From Octopus vulgaris (lineage: Eukaryota): 64,000 nt of DNA. Positions 37,587 through 51,576 of this stretch are shown here, piece after piece. The first letter of the stretch is position 1. Every line of letters starts with the position of its first letter. The DNA lies in NCBI GenBank assembly GCA_951406725.2, contig OX597815.1, forward strand, positions 120,838,001 to 120,902,000, given 5' to 3'. The notes beneath the pieces were generated by a model. The model worked only from the letters and a program-made list of their open reading frames with translations, had not been told where the DNA came from and searched no databases. The position numbers and the translations under genes are program-made.

Positions 37587-38657
37587 TATTTACTAATCTT
37601 GTCAAATTCTTTCGATGCTATATTGTGATCACAAGGAATACTCATGTCAATTAAGAAACACATCTTTTTTGTCTGATCTTTTATAATAATATCCAGTTTA
37701 TTAGCTTTTATAGTTTTGTCGGTCTGTACGGGGAAATCCCATAGAATCAACACATTTTCTCCCTCAGTCACAGCTTCAGGATGGTGTTTATACCATTTGT
37801 CAGCGGTTTTGATTTTATAATGCCGACATATTGTCCAATGTAAATACTGGCCGACTCTGTCATGTCTTGCTTTATATTCTACAGGTGCTAAGACTCTACA
37901 CCCTGAGATTAGGTGGTCTATTGTTTCAATCTCATCGTTACAGAATCGGCATTTTGGGTCAGCTCCATTTTATATCACATTGGCATGGTAGTTCCGGGTT
38001 AATAAGCTTTAGTCTTGAGCAGCTAATATGAAACCTTCACTCTCTGCTTTTAGGCCTGAGCTTCGTAACCAATGGTGCGTGGGTTTCTGGTCAACATCAG
38101 CTTGTTTGCTATGGGCCACAAACTTGCCATGGAGAGGTTTCTGTTCCCATCTGCTAGCTAATTTTTCATGTGCTTTTGTCTTTGCAATTAATTTCATTTT
38201 CTTTGCAGCAGCAGTTGGCACATTTCCTTCAGCCTTATCAATCTGGTGGGTATCTAAGAAATCAGCAGCAAATTTTTTGCTCTCTTTGAAAATAGAGTGA
38301 ATTTTTTTTCGGTCTTTCATGTTTTTCAACAAGTTTTAGCATTCAATCGTTGGTTGCTTCAAGGTATTTGGCCAGTCCGATTGTGGTGGCTTTGTATGTA
38401 AGTTCAAGCTGGATCAAACCTCGACCTTCCTGAGCTCTGGGAAGGTAAAGACGATCCACGTCTGCCTTTGGATGGTGCATCTTATTACAAGTCAGTGGCT
38501 TGCGGATTTTTCTGTCAATTTTCATTATTTCACTGGTATTCCAGTTAAGCACATTGAAGCTATAAAGAACAACTGGTACTGCTAAGGAATTTATGGCTAA
38601 CACCTTATTATATGCATTCAGCTCAGACTTCAGGACTGCTCGAACTCTTCTATAACT
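37587..38657 (-). mobile_element. 5'-truncated R4/Dong-type LINE, part proximal to the Helitron insertion
   Basis: YRRVRAVLKSELNA...AINSLAVPV, MHHPKADVDRLYLPRAQEGRGL, KPLHGKF, LKAESEGFILAAQD, ILWDFPVQTDKTIKANKLDI...LIDMSIP...EFDKISKY. Confidence 0.92.
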
Positions 38658-38689
38658 TATTATTGTTATTATTATTATTTTTTTATTTT

Positions 38690-41636
38690 TTTATTTATCT
38701 AGTTTCAGCTCACAAGCTGTGGCCATGCTGGGGCACTGCCATTTGGTGTTGCTACATGATTTTACTTCACGAATGCTTTTTAGCAATTGCCATTTGGTGC
38801 ATGAGAGAGTTCGATGCAGCTGCCCTCATCTGCACCTCCTGCCATGAAGTTGGTTCATCTGGGATACCTGACAAGAAGAGATCCAGTTTCATTTTAAAGA
38901 CATCTGCATCCACCCCATGCAGGTCTCTTAGGTTCTTCGGGAGGATATTGAAGAGCTGTGGGCCTCGGAAGCCCAGGCTATCACATTATCTTGTCCTACA
39001 TCTTGATGGCAAATTTGGAGTCCTTGGCACTATGCAGTGGCGCCCAGTTCTGGTGTTTGTGTAACTCTCGATGCCAAAGTTTGGGACAAGTCCTTCTAGG
39101 ATCTTCCAGATGTATATTTTGGCATATCTTTCTCGCCTACGCTCTAAGGAATAGAGTCTCAATCTCTTGAGTCTTTCCCAATAGCTTATATGCTGCACAG
39201 AGGCTATCTTCTTCGTGTAGCTTCATTGGATTGCCTCAAGTTCTGTGATTAACTTGACACTGGATGGTGACCATAGCTGAGAGCAATAATCAAAGTGGCT
39301 GAGGACAAGTGTCCTCCAGAGGACCATCATGGTTTCCTGGTCTCTTGTTCTGAAGGTTCTAAGAATCCATCCGGTCAGCCGCCTACATTTCATTGCCAAT
39401 TTAGCAACATGCACATGAAAGGTTGCATCATCACTCATGTAAATACCCAGGTCACGCACTGATTGTGCCTCTGGGATTGCAGTCCCTCCAGGTCCAGTGT
39501 ATTTATTGGGTATTGCATTTAGTTTTGCGTGCTGATAGCATAGAGCTTGAAACTTTTCAGCATTGAACTACATGCTATTCTTTTCAGCCCACTTGTATAT
39601 TTTGTCCAGCTCACATTGCAGGTGCTTAGTGTCTTCAGGGTTCTGTATTGCCTGTGAAACTTTTGTATCATCTGCATAACTTGTGATCGTGGCTCTCTGC
39701 GTGGCTGAAGGCATGTCTGAGAGGGCCATTATGAACAGTAGTGGTCCCAAAACAGTGCCCTGCAGAACACCGCTCACTATTTGCATGTTAGTCGAACTGG
39801 CCCCATTGGCTACTACCACCTGACTTCTATCCTTCAGAAAGTCATGAAGCCACTCTCCCAATTTTCCAACTATGCCAAGATCACGCAGTTTGTGACATAG
39901 CATTCCATGACCGTCTTTATCAAAGGCCTTTGCAAAGTCGAGATATATGACTTCCACATTTGAGTGGTTGAGCAGTCGTTTCAGCACCCAGTCATAGTGT
40001 TGTAGGAGCTGAGTTAAGCAGCTTCTTCCTGGTCGGAAACCATGTTGGGTGTCAGGCAGCAAGTCATTTTCTTCAAGGAAGGTGATTAGTTTCCTTCTGA
40101 CTATTCGTTCCATGACCTTGCTGATGTGTGAGGTCAGAGAGATAGGTCTGTAGTTCTTGGCCTCTGCTCTGCTACCTGCTTTATGAATAGGGCATATTTT
40201 ACCTTCCTTCAGTTTTCTTGGAAGTTTGCCAGTTGCAAGGAAGCTCTGAAAGAGGAACTGCAGTGGTCTTGCTAGGACTCTCTTACATACTTTTAGAAGG
40301 ATTGCTGGGAATCCATCTGGGCCAGTAGCTGAGTTTGTTTTCATTTCATCAATAGCCTTTATTACATCGTCTTCCTTTATATTGATGTAATCAATCATTG
40401 CTGCCTCCGATTTTATATTTGCAGTGGTAAAGAAGTCAGTTGGATTGCTGACTTGAAAATGCCCTAGGGGTGGCGTGAAAATACTCTTGAATTGCTCATT
40501 TAGTATTTCACTTACGCTCAATGGATTTCCTGTGAGTGTGCCATCCTTTTCAAGGAGTGGCCCTATCCTACAGTGCACCGTAGCTGTTTCTTTGGCATAC
40601 CTGTAGAAAGCTCTGGGGTTAGATTTTATGTTGTCTATAGCCCAGGCTTCTTTGTCTGCTCTTTCTTTTTCATGGGAGAGTTGCAGACATTTTTCAATTT
40701 CCAACAGTTTTATGTTCAGGCGGGACTTTTCACTGCTTTCAATTTGTTTGTTTAGGTGATTTGAAACTTTTGTACACCGTCTCATTAGAATTTTCCTCTC
40801 TCTGGGGATTTTGCTCTTGTGTACAGTGGCCTTTCTCTCTGGGACACATTTGTAGCATATGGCTTGCATTACAGACATGAATTGTTGAAGTTTCATGTCG
40901 ATGTCTGGCGAGGATAGACATTCAGGCCAGTTTTGTTTGAGGATCTCTTTCTCAATTTGTTTCCAGTTTGCCTTATGGAAGTTCAAGCTGGAAAGATTCT
41001 GAAAGTTTCTTGTAGGCTGCATGTCCATGCTTTCCTTTGGCCCATACAAGATCAGCTCTACCATGTTGTGATCCGAGAGTAGTGTCGGTGTCACTTTCAC
41101 ATTATGGATAAGATCCATATTATTTGTGAAGCAGAGATCCAGTATGTTACCTGCCCTGGTTGGTTGGAGTATTACTTGCTCCATGTACAGAGTGTTGATG
41201 AGGTTCAGGAGGGACCTCGCCTGTCCTCGTTCACATCGTGTCATTCCTGGGAGAGAAAGGCCCTCAGGCCATCTGACATTGGGTAGATTGAAGTCTCCCA
41301 TAAGAAGTACACTTATGTGTTGTTCTAATGTGACTAGAACTTCTATTTTTATAAGGCAGTCTTCAAACTTGCCTACATGGCTTGGGGCATCTGGAGGGCG
41401 ATATGTAGCACATATAACTACACCACGTTGCCTTATATGTACAATTAGTGTGTCACACACTGAATTTGAGTATGACAAAAGGACCTGGGGTGTGAGGTCC
41501 TCACGAATGTACATAGCAACTCCTCCATGACTCCTTTCTTTTCTGTCGGTCCGTAGTACAACATACTGTGGTATGTGTATTTCCGCATCTGCTATGTCCG
41601 GTTTCAGGTGTGTTTCCGTAAGTGCTATGCATAAGG
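38690..41636 (-). mobile_element. CR1-type LINE, ORF2 (APE endonuclease + RT), 5'-truncated, with stops and frameshifts
   Basis: IALTETHL...DRKERSHGGVAMYI, YRPP, MGDFN, LDLCFTN, SDH (APE). NYRPISLTS, QHGFRPGRSC, YLDFAKAFDK, SGVLQGTVLGPLLF, YADD (RT). Premature TAG at 39568. Confidence 0.93.
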
Positions 41637-41676
41637 CTTGATTGCATTATTATTATCATCATTATTATTATTATTA

Positions 41677-41750
<74 letters not shown>

Positions 41751-41753
<3 letters not shown>

Positions 41754-44700
41754 TAGTTTTATTTTTATAGCGTGCTTTCACTTCACTACCGAGCGCAGCT
41801 CTGTGTGCCTTGGGTATGTGCTGTCATTTGTTGTGATGCTCTGATGGTTATTGTATGGAAAGTGTTCTGCGTAGGATGTGTGCAGCGCCTAGTAGTGCAA
41901 TTTTCTGTATGCTATATGTGTTTGTAAGTCCTGGTGTTTTTGTTATGTATTTGTCTGAATATTTTTTTATCATGCCTAATGCACCTACTATGATAGGAAT
42001 TGTTTCTGTTTTTAGATTCCACATTCTGGTTACCTCTATTTCCAGGTCTTTGTATTTTGAAAGTTTCTCCATTTCTTTTAGAGACACGTTGTCATCTGCC
42101 GGTATTGATACATCAATTAGAAAGCATTTTTTTTCTTCATGATCTCTGACAACTATATCTGGTCTGTTGGCCTTAATTTCTCTATCTGTGTGTATCGGCA
42201 TATCCCAGAGAATGGTTGCTTTCTCGTTTTCTGTGACCTTTTCTGGTGTGTGCCTATACCATCTTTTTTCTGTTGTTATTCCATAATGTTGGCATAGCTT
42301 CCAGTGTATGTAGGTTCCAACTCTGTCATGTCTGTGAATATATTCCTTCTTAGCTAGGACTGGGCAGCCAGAGATAATATGATTTATTGTTTCTTGTCCA
42401 TCTCCACATATTCTGCAGTTACTTGTTATATTTCTTTTCATTACATGTTTTTGGTAATTTCTGGTGGGGAGGCTTTGGTCTTGTGCTGCAATTAAAAATC
42501 CCTCTGTCTCTGCTTTGAGTCCTGAGCTTCTCAACCATTGCTGGGATTTTTCTTTGTCTATTTCTTTTGCGTTTAGTTTAGTCCAGTATTTACCATGAAG
42601 GGGCTTTTCTTGCCATCGTTTTATCATGGTTCGTTGCTCTTCTAGTTTTAGTTTGGATTTCATTTGTTTTATAGCTTTTGTTGTTTCTTTATCTTCTTCT
42701 TCTTCTTCATATTTATTAGGTGGTATGATTTCTTGTTTGTATTTGTCAGCTTCCTTAAATACTGAGAACAGTTTTTTGTTTTGCTTGTATTTTGCCGCTA
42801 TTTGTATCAGTTTTCCTTCCTTCTGAAGTAGATATTTTTGCAGTCCTATGGTGGTTATTTTATAGTAGTTTTCCAGCTGTATAAGGCCTCTACCACCTTC
42901 TATACGTTGTATATATAGTCTTTCTATGTCAGATTTTGGGTGATGCATTCTAGATCCTGTCATTATTTTTCTTGTTTTCCTATCTATTTTGGTCAGTTCA
43001 TTTAGTGTCCAGTTAAGGATATTGTAGCTGTAACTTATAACTGGGACAGCTAAAGTGTTAATACCTATTATCTTGTTTTTAGCATTGAGCTCTGTTTTTA
43101 TTATTGATCTAACTCGTCTATAATATTCTTTTTTTATTTTCTCTTTCATTTGTGTGTGTTGTGTCTTATCTTGTTCATGGATTCCTAAGTATTTTGTAAG
43201 TTTGGCTTTGGTCTAATTCTTTTATTTCATTGGTTTTATCTAGTGTGATGTTGCTACTCTTAACTAGTTTTCCTCTTTTCATGGTTACTTTGGCGCATTT
43301 TTCTAATCCAAATTTCATATCTATTTCTTTGGTAAATCTATGAACTGTCTTTAATAGTGTTTCCAGCTGTTTGTCATTAGCAGCGTATAATTTTAGGTCA
43401 TCCATATATAAAAGGTGGCTGATCATTTTGCCATAACATTTATATCCGCATCCAGTTCTATTTAGCATATCAGAAAGAGGTGACAGTGCCAAGCAGAAAA
43501 GGAGTGGAGAGAGCGTGTCTCCCTGGAATATTCCTCTTCTAATGGTGATGGCTTTGGTTTTCATGAGTCCCTCTTTTGTTTGGAGCTGTAGCACTGTTTG
43601 CCATTTATTCATAGAGTGCCCTATGAATTTTATAATTTTTGGTGCTAATTTGTTAATGGCTAGTGTTTCGAGGATCCATGTGTGGGAGATGCTATCAAAC
43701 GCCTTTTTGTAGTCGATCCAGGCCATACTGAGGCCTTTCTTCTTTCTGTGGCTGTCTTCAGTTATGGCTTTATTAATCATTAGTTGATCTTTACAGCCAT
43801 ATGAGCCTTTGCAGCATCCTTTCTGCTCTTCTGGAAACAGGTTGTTTTCGTCCAGGTGCTTGTTCAACCTTTGCGATATCACTGCAGTAAATGCCTTGTA
43901 CATTGTAGGGAGACAGGTTATTGGTCTGTAGTTTTCTGGTTTTGCTGTCTCATTTGATTTGGGAATTAAGATGATTTTCCCCTTTGTGAGTCATTCAGGC
44001 ATTGTCTCTGGCTCTGCTAGTATGTTGTTAAAGTTTTCAGCCAGCTTTTTGTGCATTCCTGTTAGATATTTCAACCAGAAGTTGGGGATCTTGTCATGCC
44101 CAGGTGCCTTCCAGTTGCTTAGTCTTTGCAGTGCCTAGGTGACCTCTTCAGTTGTTATGGGGGTCCAAAGTTGCTCAGATGCTGAGTTTGTTGTTTTAAT
44201 ACTCCTTTTTTTTTTGTTGTTCTTTTGCCGACCATATTTCTCTCCAGAATTCTTCCACTTCTTCTGCAGTTGGTGCTGCAGTGATTTCTATTTTATTTTT
44301 GCCAAGTTCTTGGTAGAACTTTTTGGGATTGGAGTTGAACTTTTTGTTTTGTTCAAAGAAGCGCTGGAGTTTCTCGTACCGGCGGATCCTTTGTGCTTTG
44401 GCAAGGATATCTTGCTTCAGCTTTTCTTTTATCTCAGGTAAATCTTTTTCTGTGATGTTATATTTGCGGAGTATTTTTGTTTTCTTTTTGTTGCTCAGTA
44501 GCGTTGATTGTCTACTGATTTCATTAAGAATCGACAGATCTTTTCTCATTTTTTGTATTTTGTTTTGGATGTTATTTATCCACAGGGTTTGTTTGGGTGG
44601 TGGTACTCCTGTTTGGACGGGTTTGAGTGAGTATCCAGCTTCTTTTGTGGCTGCAGTGGCTGCTGCGTATACTAAGTCATTTAGCTCAGTGATATCGCTT

Positions 44701-45860
44701 TTTGTTTCAGTGGCTATTAGTTCCATGACGGCTAGGTTTATGCTGTTTATAATTGGTGTTGTTGTTTCGTCTATTTTGATTTTTGGGAGGTATGGTCGGT
44801 GGTCCATTTTGAGCTCTGTGGTTTTCAGTTCTTTGACTATTTTACTTTTTATATTTTCATAATCATTAGGCTCCCCTTCGTTGTTTCCAGGCTTTAGATT
44901 TGTGTTGCTTTCTTTCTTATTTATATGTTTGTTTGTCGTGTTTTGGCTTGCTGTTTGTTGTGTATTATTATGCATCCTTACGGTCTGGGTTTGTTGTTTT
45001 TTGTTTACATCCTGTTTGTTGGGAATGTTACGTTTGTCTTCGTGTTTTACTGCTTCAGTGTTTATATTATTGGGCATTGTTGTCTGGCTTCTATCTACAT
45101 TTTCCTGGTGTATTTTTTTCTTTTAGATGTTCTATTTCTATTTCTGATATTTTTTTTTGCGTTGAGAATGTATCTTCGTACGTTAGCTAGTTTATTAGGG
45201 TTTATTGCTGTATCCAAGTCTATATTTATGTTATTTTCCTTCCATATTTTATATGTATGTGTTGTTGTGTTTTCATTTTTTGGGTAGAGCACTGCTGTGA
45301 ATTATGCGTGTAGGATAGAAATGTATTCCTCACGTGTCCATTTGTGTCTTTTGGGTTTTATTTGCGGGACATGAGAAACAACGTCCGGCCCATTATTTTG
45401 ACGGTCGTTATTTTCGTAGGGTACCGGTCCGTTCATTTCTGTTGTCACATTGTTTTGCACGTGTATTTTTTCGTACATTTTGTGTTGTAAGTTTAAAGTA
45501 CGTACCTCCCGATTGTTATTCTTGGGTTGAATAATATCGGTGGTATTTAATTTCTTCGTAGTTCCTTTGTACATGGTGTTTGGGGTCGGGGATGACCTGG
45601 TGTTGATGGATCGTAATGTTCCACGCATGTTTACATGTGTTGTGTTAGAGGTGGAGATGATATCGAGTCAAAATACATCATTTCATTTCGAAAATAGTAA
45701 TAAATTTCAATGAGTATTACTTACTCGGGTACAGTCCAATCCTTTGTTAGTAAATCTTTGGCTCCATACGATGTCCTTGTTTTCGATGTTTGTGGATAGA
45801 TTTCAGAGCTCTGTTTTATCGTTCTTACATCTTAAACGTCCCCCGGTGGATCTTTTCCAT
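41751..45860 (-). mobile_element. Nearly full-length R4/Dong-type non-LTR retrotransposon (RT + CCHC + restriction-like endonuclease) in (AAT)n, ORF broken
   Basis: N-terminal RHKWTREEY motif. RT motifs WIDYKKAFDS, RGIFQGDTLSPLLF, HLLYMDDLKLYA. Then CRICG...HIISGC, RHD, NRPDIVVRD...IDVSIP...EKLSKY. Long (ATT)n at 41647-41750 and 45861-45990. Confidence 0.93.
41848..43149 (-). CDS. Intact C-terminal segment of the R4/Dong ORF (post-RT, CCHC zinc knuckle, REL endonuclease)
   Basis: 433-aa ORF with the motifs above. It is part of a disrupted longer ORF that starts near 45628. Confidence 0.7.
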   Translation of the reverse strand: MKEKIKKEYYRRVRSIIKTELNAKNKIIGINTLAVPVISYSYNILNWTLNELTKIDRKTRKIMTGSRMHHPKSDIERLYIQRIEGGRGLIQLENYYKITTIGLQKYLLQKEGKLIQIAAKYKQNKKLFSVFKEADKYKQEIIPPNKYEEEEEDKETTKAIKQMKSKLKLEEQRTMIKRWQEKPLHGKYWTKLNAKEIDKEKSQQWLRSSGLKAETEGFLIAAQDQSLPTRNYQKHVMKRNITSNCRICGDGQETINHIISGCPVLAKKEYIHRHDRVGTYIHWKLCQHYGITTEKRWYRHTPEKVTENEKATILWDMPIHTDREIKANRPDIVVRDHEEKKCFLIDVSIPADDNVSLKEMEKLSKYKDLEIEVTRMWNLKTETIPIIVGALGMIKKYSDKYITKTPGLTNTYSIQKIALLGAAHILRRTLSIQ

Positions 45861-45885
45861 ATTATTATTATTATTATTATTATTA

Positions 45886-45988
<103 letters not shown>

Positions 45989-45990
45989 TA

Positions 45991-46545
45991 CTGAGTGAGA
46001 GAGCAGTGCATGTCATCAAAGTGATACGTGTAAAATATATGAAGCCCAGTATACCCATTATGACTACCCTTCTGATAAGGGTAGACCAGGCAACATGCAT
46101 CACAACCATATGTGCACGATATGGTGATCTCATATCAAGATAAACAGTGCATGATCTTGCAGGTGGGGCCCAGTTAGAATTTTCTTCTGGTTGAGTAGCC
46201 CATCCTGCTCAAAAGATCCCTGAATAAGGGTTGTTTAAGGATGTTGAACAAAACACCCATGTTTCGAAAGGCAAATTATCCAAACTCCAAAGAATTCTTC
46301 TCAACACATGGCTATCATGCTCCCCCGCTACTTCTGCTCTTGATCAGAGATGCACATATCGTCAGCCACTAAGAGACATGCCCAACTGGTTAAGGTCAAA
46401 CAACTGACAAGCAAATCTGTGGTATTGAGCAGAATATTTTCTGTAGCCCAGCTTTTATACCAAGACAAAACAATGTATATGATGACACTTCCAACCAGTT
46501 AAGATGAGAAGCCATGATAGCCACTGCCTGGTACTGCATCAGGGC
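45991..46545 (-). mobile_element. ~555-bp AAT-associated element, copy 3
   Basis: Reverse complement of 1436-1987. Confidence 0.88.
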
Positions 46546-46548
46546 TAT

Positions 46549-46920
46549 TATTACCTCCGCCTTCACTAAAGCGGAGGTATTGTTTATAGTTGTGTTTGTT
46601 TGTTTGTCTGTCTGTGGACAAGATATCTCGAAAACGGCTGGATGTATTCGGATGAAACTTTCAGGGATGTTTGGCCTCATGACTGGCACAAATCGATTAG
46701 ATTTTGGGATTGATTCAGTACCGGACAAGGATTCTGGATTATTTTTCCGTTTTCTTTTTCTTAATTTTTGGGAGCGGTTAGGTTCATTTTTAGTATTCTC
46801 GTTTGTGAGAACAGTCAAGTTTATTTCAGATATTCTCATTTTAAAAACCATCTCTGGCTACTTGTCGAGAGGACGTTGATGTTGCCTTGGCAGAGGTTTG
46901 CACTCTTTGAGTGCTCTTGA
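46549..46920 (+). mobile_element. Non-autonomous Helentron-type (HINE/DINE-1-like) element
   Basis: 5' subTIR acctccgcc with nearby inverted gcggaggt. (gttt)/(gtct) microsatellite and core aacggctggatgtattcggatgaaacttt. 3' subTIR ggcagaggt (46889-46897) followed by the stem-loop gcactc-ttt-gagtgc. T-rich flanks. Confidence 0.8.
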
Positions 46921-46966
<46 letters not shown>

Positions 46967-48799
46967 GGGACTTATTCTTTTGGTCGCTTTTTTGTGAACT
47001 ACTACATTACAATTACAAAAACAAACCAGCACCAATTGTCAAGTGGTGCAGTGGGACAAATACTTGCACACACACACATACACACACACACACACGCCCG
47101 TGCACGCATGCAAACACACACACACAAATACATACATACATACATACATACATACATACATACATGATGGGCTTTCAGTTTCCATCAACTAAATTCACGC
47201 ACAAGGAGGCAGTGGTCAGCCTGGATTATTGTAGAATACACTCATTTAAGGTGTCACACAGTGGGACTGAACCTGAAATCAAATAGATGTGAATTAGACT
47301 TCTTAACACATATCCATGTTTATTACTGAAATATATCAAGTTTGGAAGCCCTTCATACAGTGAGGCAACTGTTCTTCATAATATCCATCTAACAAACCTA
47401 ATACTTTATGGCAAACTGTGTTATGCTACAATCCATGAATGACATCCTCAACTCCACTATGCCAAAAACCATCTGAAGAACATCAATGAAGATAATCATC
47501 ATCATCGTTTAACATCTGCTTTCCATGCTAGCATGGATTGGACGATTTGACTGAGGTCTGACGAACCAGATGGCTGCACCAGACTCCAATCTGATCTGGC
47601 AAAGTTTCTACAGCTGGATGCCCTTCCTAATGCCAACCACTCCGAGAGTGTAGTGGGTGCTTTTACGTGCCACCGGCACGAGGGCCAGTCACGCGGTACT
47701 GGCAACGGCCACACTCAAATGGTGCTTTTTATGTGCCACCTGCACAGGAGCCAGTTCAGCGACACTGGCAATGACCTCACTCGAATCATCATGCTCTTTA
47801 GGACAATGATATGTAGATGTCAAAACTTCAAACATATTTACAGAAAAGAAAATCAGAACTTTATGTAAGAATAACCCAGCTTCCTATTCTAATCAAACTG
47901 TGACCAAATGTGTAGGAAAGGTTCTACAAAGGCAAATTTGACACTCACACCTTCAGTAATAAGCATAATAAGCAAGAGGAAATTTTGCACTTCTTCACAC
48001 TTACTCAGGAGTGGGGAAATTACAACCCATTGCCTTGTGTCTTATAACACATCTGACTGTGACAGCCAAGGAATGAATGAATAGCTTTGTTTACTAAATC
48101 AGTGCTTCCTAACTTTTTCTCTTCCCTTTCATTCAATGAATTTTCCCAATAACAACAGGCTTTTGAAAGATTTCTCTACTCAATAAGTCAATTCTTTTTT
48201 TATTTACTAACAACAAACTTGTCTTTCCAGTTTTATCTTTCACAACTGAAAGAAAATAACTCAAGATTGGGTAGCATAGTGATCTCTGGGACAAAAATCT
48301 GTACATGTCAGAACTTTGAAAAATATTTGTAAAGAAAAGCCAGCTTCATATATAGGTAAACTGTAAGTTGGGAGACATCGTTGACTATAACATTAGGTTT
48401 CCAAAAATTTAAAATAACTTTTTCCTAAGTTGCTGCTTATGCACTTTGACACTTTATAAAATATACAGCATATATTTTCTTACATGCCTCCAGAACAAGG
48501 TCACTCACAGGCACCCCAATGGATCAAGAGCAGGTGAGACATTTCAGATCTTTAGCTCTAATCTAAGAGAGAGTAACTTCAAACAAAACCTGCATCCTGA
48601 GAACAAAAAGGGTTATGGAACTTGTTGCACAAGATCAATACAAATTTGAAGGATAAGAGAGTGAGACTTGCTCTGTACAAACCATGCTCACTATAATAAA
48701 TCCTTGTTGCCTTGTAGGATAATTCATTGAGTGTTTAAAAAATGGTTATGAGAGTGCACCCTTACAGGAAATCCAGAGAGAGGAATCCTAAGGTAGATA

Positions 48800-49270
48800 T
48801 GTCATCGTCAGTTATGGTTGTCCATCGTAAGTTGACTTTGACTGTTCTTGTTCAGTAATCATCTCTGACAGGCTTACATGTGAGCTTCAAAGCCAGCTCT
48901 TAATCTACAACGATGGTGTTGCAAGTAAAAGCTACTTGATGCAATAGAAAAGTGACATATCTCATGTGCTCTTTCATATTCTCTCAGTTGTTTCTTCTCA
49001 ATGGCTAGGCCTTCTCCTTCCAGGTGCCTGGGGAGATGCTAGAGGTTTTCATATGTCTCTTCAGCACTTCCCTGACCACCATGAATCCTCCTGCCCTTAC
49101 ACAGTTCAGTATAAAAAAGACTATCTTTGGGACTCTGTCATCCTCCATCCTGCACAGTGAAGCTGTGATGAGGTAATACAGACCCCTATACTATCTGTGC
49201 CCATGTTGTGCATGATCGCTACATCAGGAATCTGAGCCTGCCATTTGATATGCAAGAGGGAGCACAGATG
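48800..49270 (-). mobile_element. Highly degenerate RTE-type LINE 3' fragment
   Basis: Minus-strand LHIKWQAQIPD and CRMEDDRVPKIVF resemble the RTE motifs L.I.WQD.IPD and RMED.RIPK. Confidence 0.45.
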
Positions 49271-49691
49271 ATGAAGTTAGAAATCGAGAGAGAGTAGATA
49301 TGTACAGTTATACTAAACTAAATTTCGTTGCATGGATACTACAAATGTATTGACTTGTCTTTCCTTCATGGTGTAGCTATGAGTGGAGAAGTGTTAAGTG
49401 TACTTGGTGCTAGGCACATGTTTCTGGAAACAACTCAAGCAGAACAGAGGTGGTTAAGTTACTCTCTCTGCAATACAGTCAACTTCAAGGAAAAAAGCTG
49501 ACCATATTCATACATGCAAAAATATAAACCATACTGGCATGGCTGTGTAGTAAGAAGTTTGCTTCCTAACTACATGGTTCTGGGTTCAGACCCACTGTGT
49601 GGCACCTCGGCCAAGTGTCTTCTACTATAGCCTCAGGTTGACAAGAGCCTTGTGGGTGGATTTGGTTAATAGAAACTGAAAGCAGCCTGTC

Positions 49692-49758
<67 letters not shown>

Positions 49759-51521
49759 TGTGTGTGTGCACGTGTGTGTGTGTGCGTATGCATGTGTGTG
49801 TGTGTGTGTATGTGCATGTGTGTTTCTTTGTGACAGTGTTTGCCCTCCCACCTACTGCTTATCAACCAGTGATGATATGTTTAAGTCCCTGTAACTTAGT
49901 TGTTCAACAAAAGTGATCGATAAAATAAGTACCAAGCTTTAAAAAAAGAAAGAAGTACTGTGGTCAATTCATTCCTCTAAAATTCTTCAAAGCAGTGCCC
50001 CAGCATGGCTGTAGTCTAATAGCTGAAACAAGTAAAAGATAAATGATAAAATTATTTATCCAAATTATCTTGGAGGTGTTTTCAAAGCTGAATTTTGTGT
50101 AGAATTTGCAATCCTTCACTGAAGTAAAGTGTTAACTTGATAAATACTGAAATTTTGATGAGCTGTATATCACCTTATGTATTTCCTTGATTGGTTATGA
50201 GTAAATTTCTTTCCAAAGAATTTTGAAAACTGAACAAGTAATGATTACAAGCTTTCTTTTGATGCTAAGAAAAATGGCTTTCTTGAGGTTCAATAAAATA
50301 ATCTTATATTTAAGTTATATTTGTCAATGAATGCATTTTGTTCATTCAATGAACATTCAATAGTTTTTCCACAGCTGATTTGAACAAGTGCTATACCTTC
50401 TTCCTTTGTTTGCTGAATTATTTCTTATGTCAATATATTTGGATTAATTAGTTTACTTAGCAACACATTCGATAGATTTATCAACATAGTTCCTTTCTTG
50501 TCAGCGACACTTATCTTAACTGCACCAAAATTCTGACAATTTCTCTCTATCTGTTCCTTTTGTTTGTGTTTGTAAATATAGAAGAAAATCATTTCATCAA
50601 ATGTTTGCTCTACCATGAGATATAAATACTTAAAATATATGTGGCTCCAGACTTAAAAAGAACACACACACACAAAAAGTATAAATCCTTAAGAAATATC
50701 AACATTTCATACATTCTGAATGCATCTTTTGTCACTGTTAATTATATATTTTATTCAAAACTGAAAATATAGATACAGATTATTATTATTATCTTTATTC
50801 ACTTATTTATCTTTATTTTTGCTTAATATCAAGTTTCCGAGGCAATAAATTGAAAAAATGTTTAGAAGAACTTTTTTCTTAATTTTCATATTAATATTTT
50901 GTAAAGGAAAAAAAAAAGATCCAATAGCTATTATGCTTGGAGAGTTCATTCAGATAGTTATATTTTATATTTTAAATGAAAATACACTTTATCTCTCTTC
51001 TCTCTGGACTGTGTTATCTCTAAATCACATGTTGCTTCATAACAATTGGTTTATATATTTTTAATCTGTCCTAATATTTCAGTTTTGTTGAGTCTTGCAA
51101 ATATTCTTTGCTAGTTTTTTTTTTTAATTCACCTTATAAGCCTGAAAAGAAGTTTGATTTTATCAGATACTTTTAAATGCCAGTATTTCTTCCTTTCACA
51201 ATTTCGGAATATTTTTCAGTATGACTTGAAGACATAGTCTAATCATCAATTTAGCATCATGGGTCAGAGAGAATTTATTGAGGTAGATTTTTTTACAGCC
51301 AGATGCCCTTCCTGTTTTTGACCATCACCTGTTTCCAAGCAAAGCAAATATTACCCCATAGCTGGACACATGTTCACAGAAGACTGGAAAGACAGCACTT
51401 GTTCAATACTGATGTTCATTTATAACTATCACATGATGTCAAGAGAAGGAGACATTAACACTCATATGTGCATACATCAATGCATGCACACATATATGTA
51501 CACACACACACAAACACATGC

Positions 51522-51576
<55 letters not shown>

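Noticed and set aside
45630-45860. HDV-like ribozyme in the R4/Dong 5' UTR
   Set aside because: I could not assemble the nested double pseudoknot by eye. A covariance-model search would be needed.
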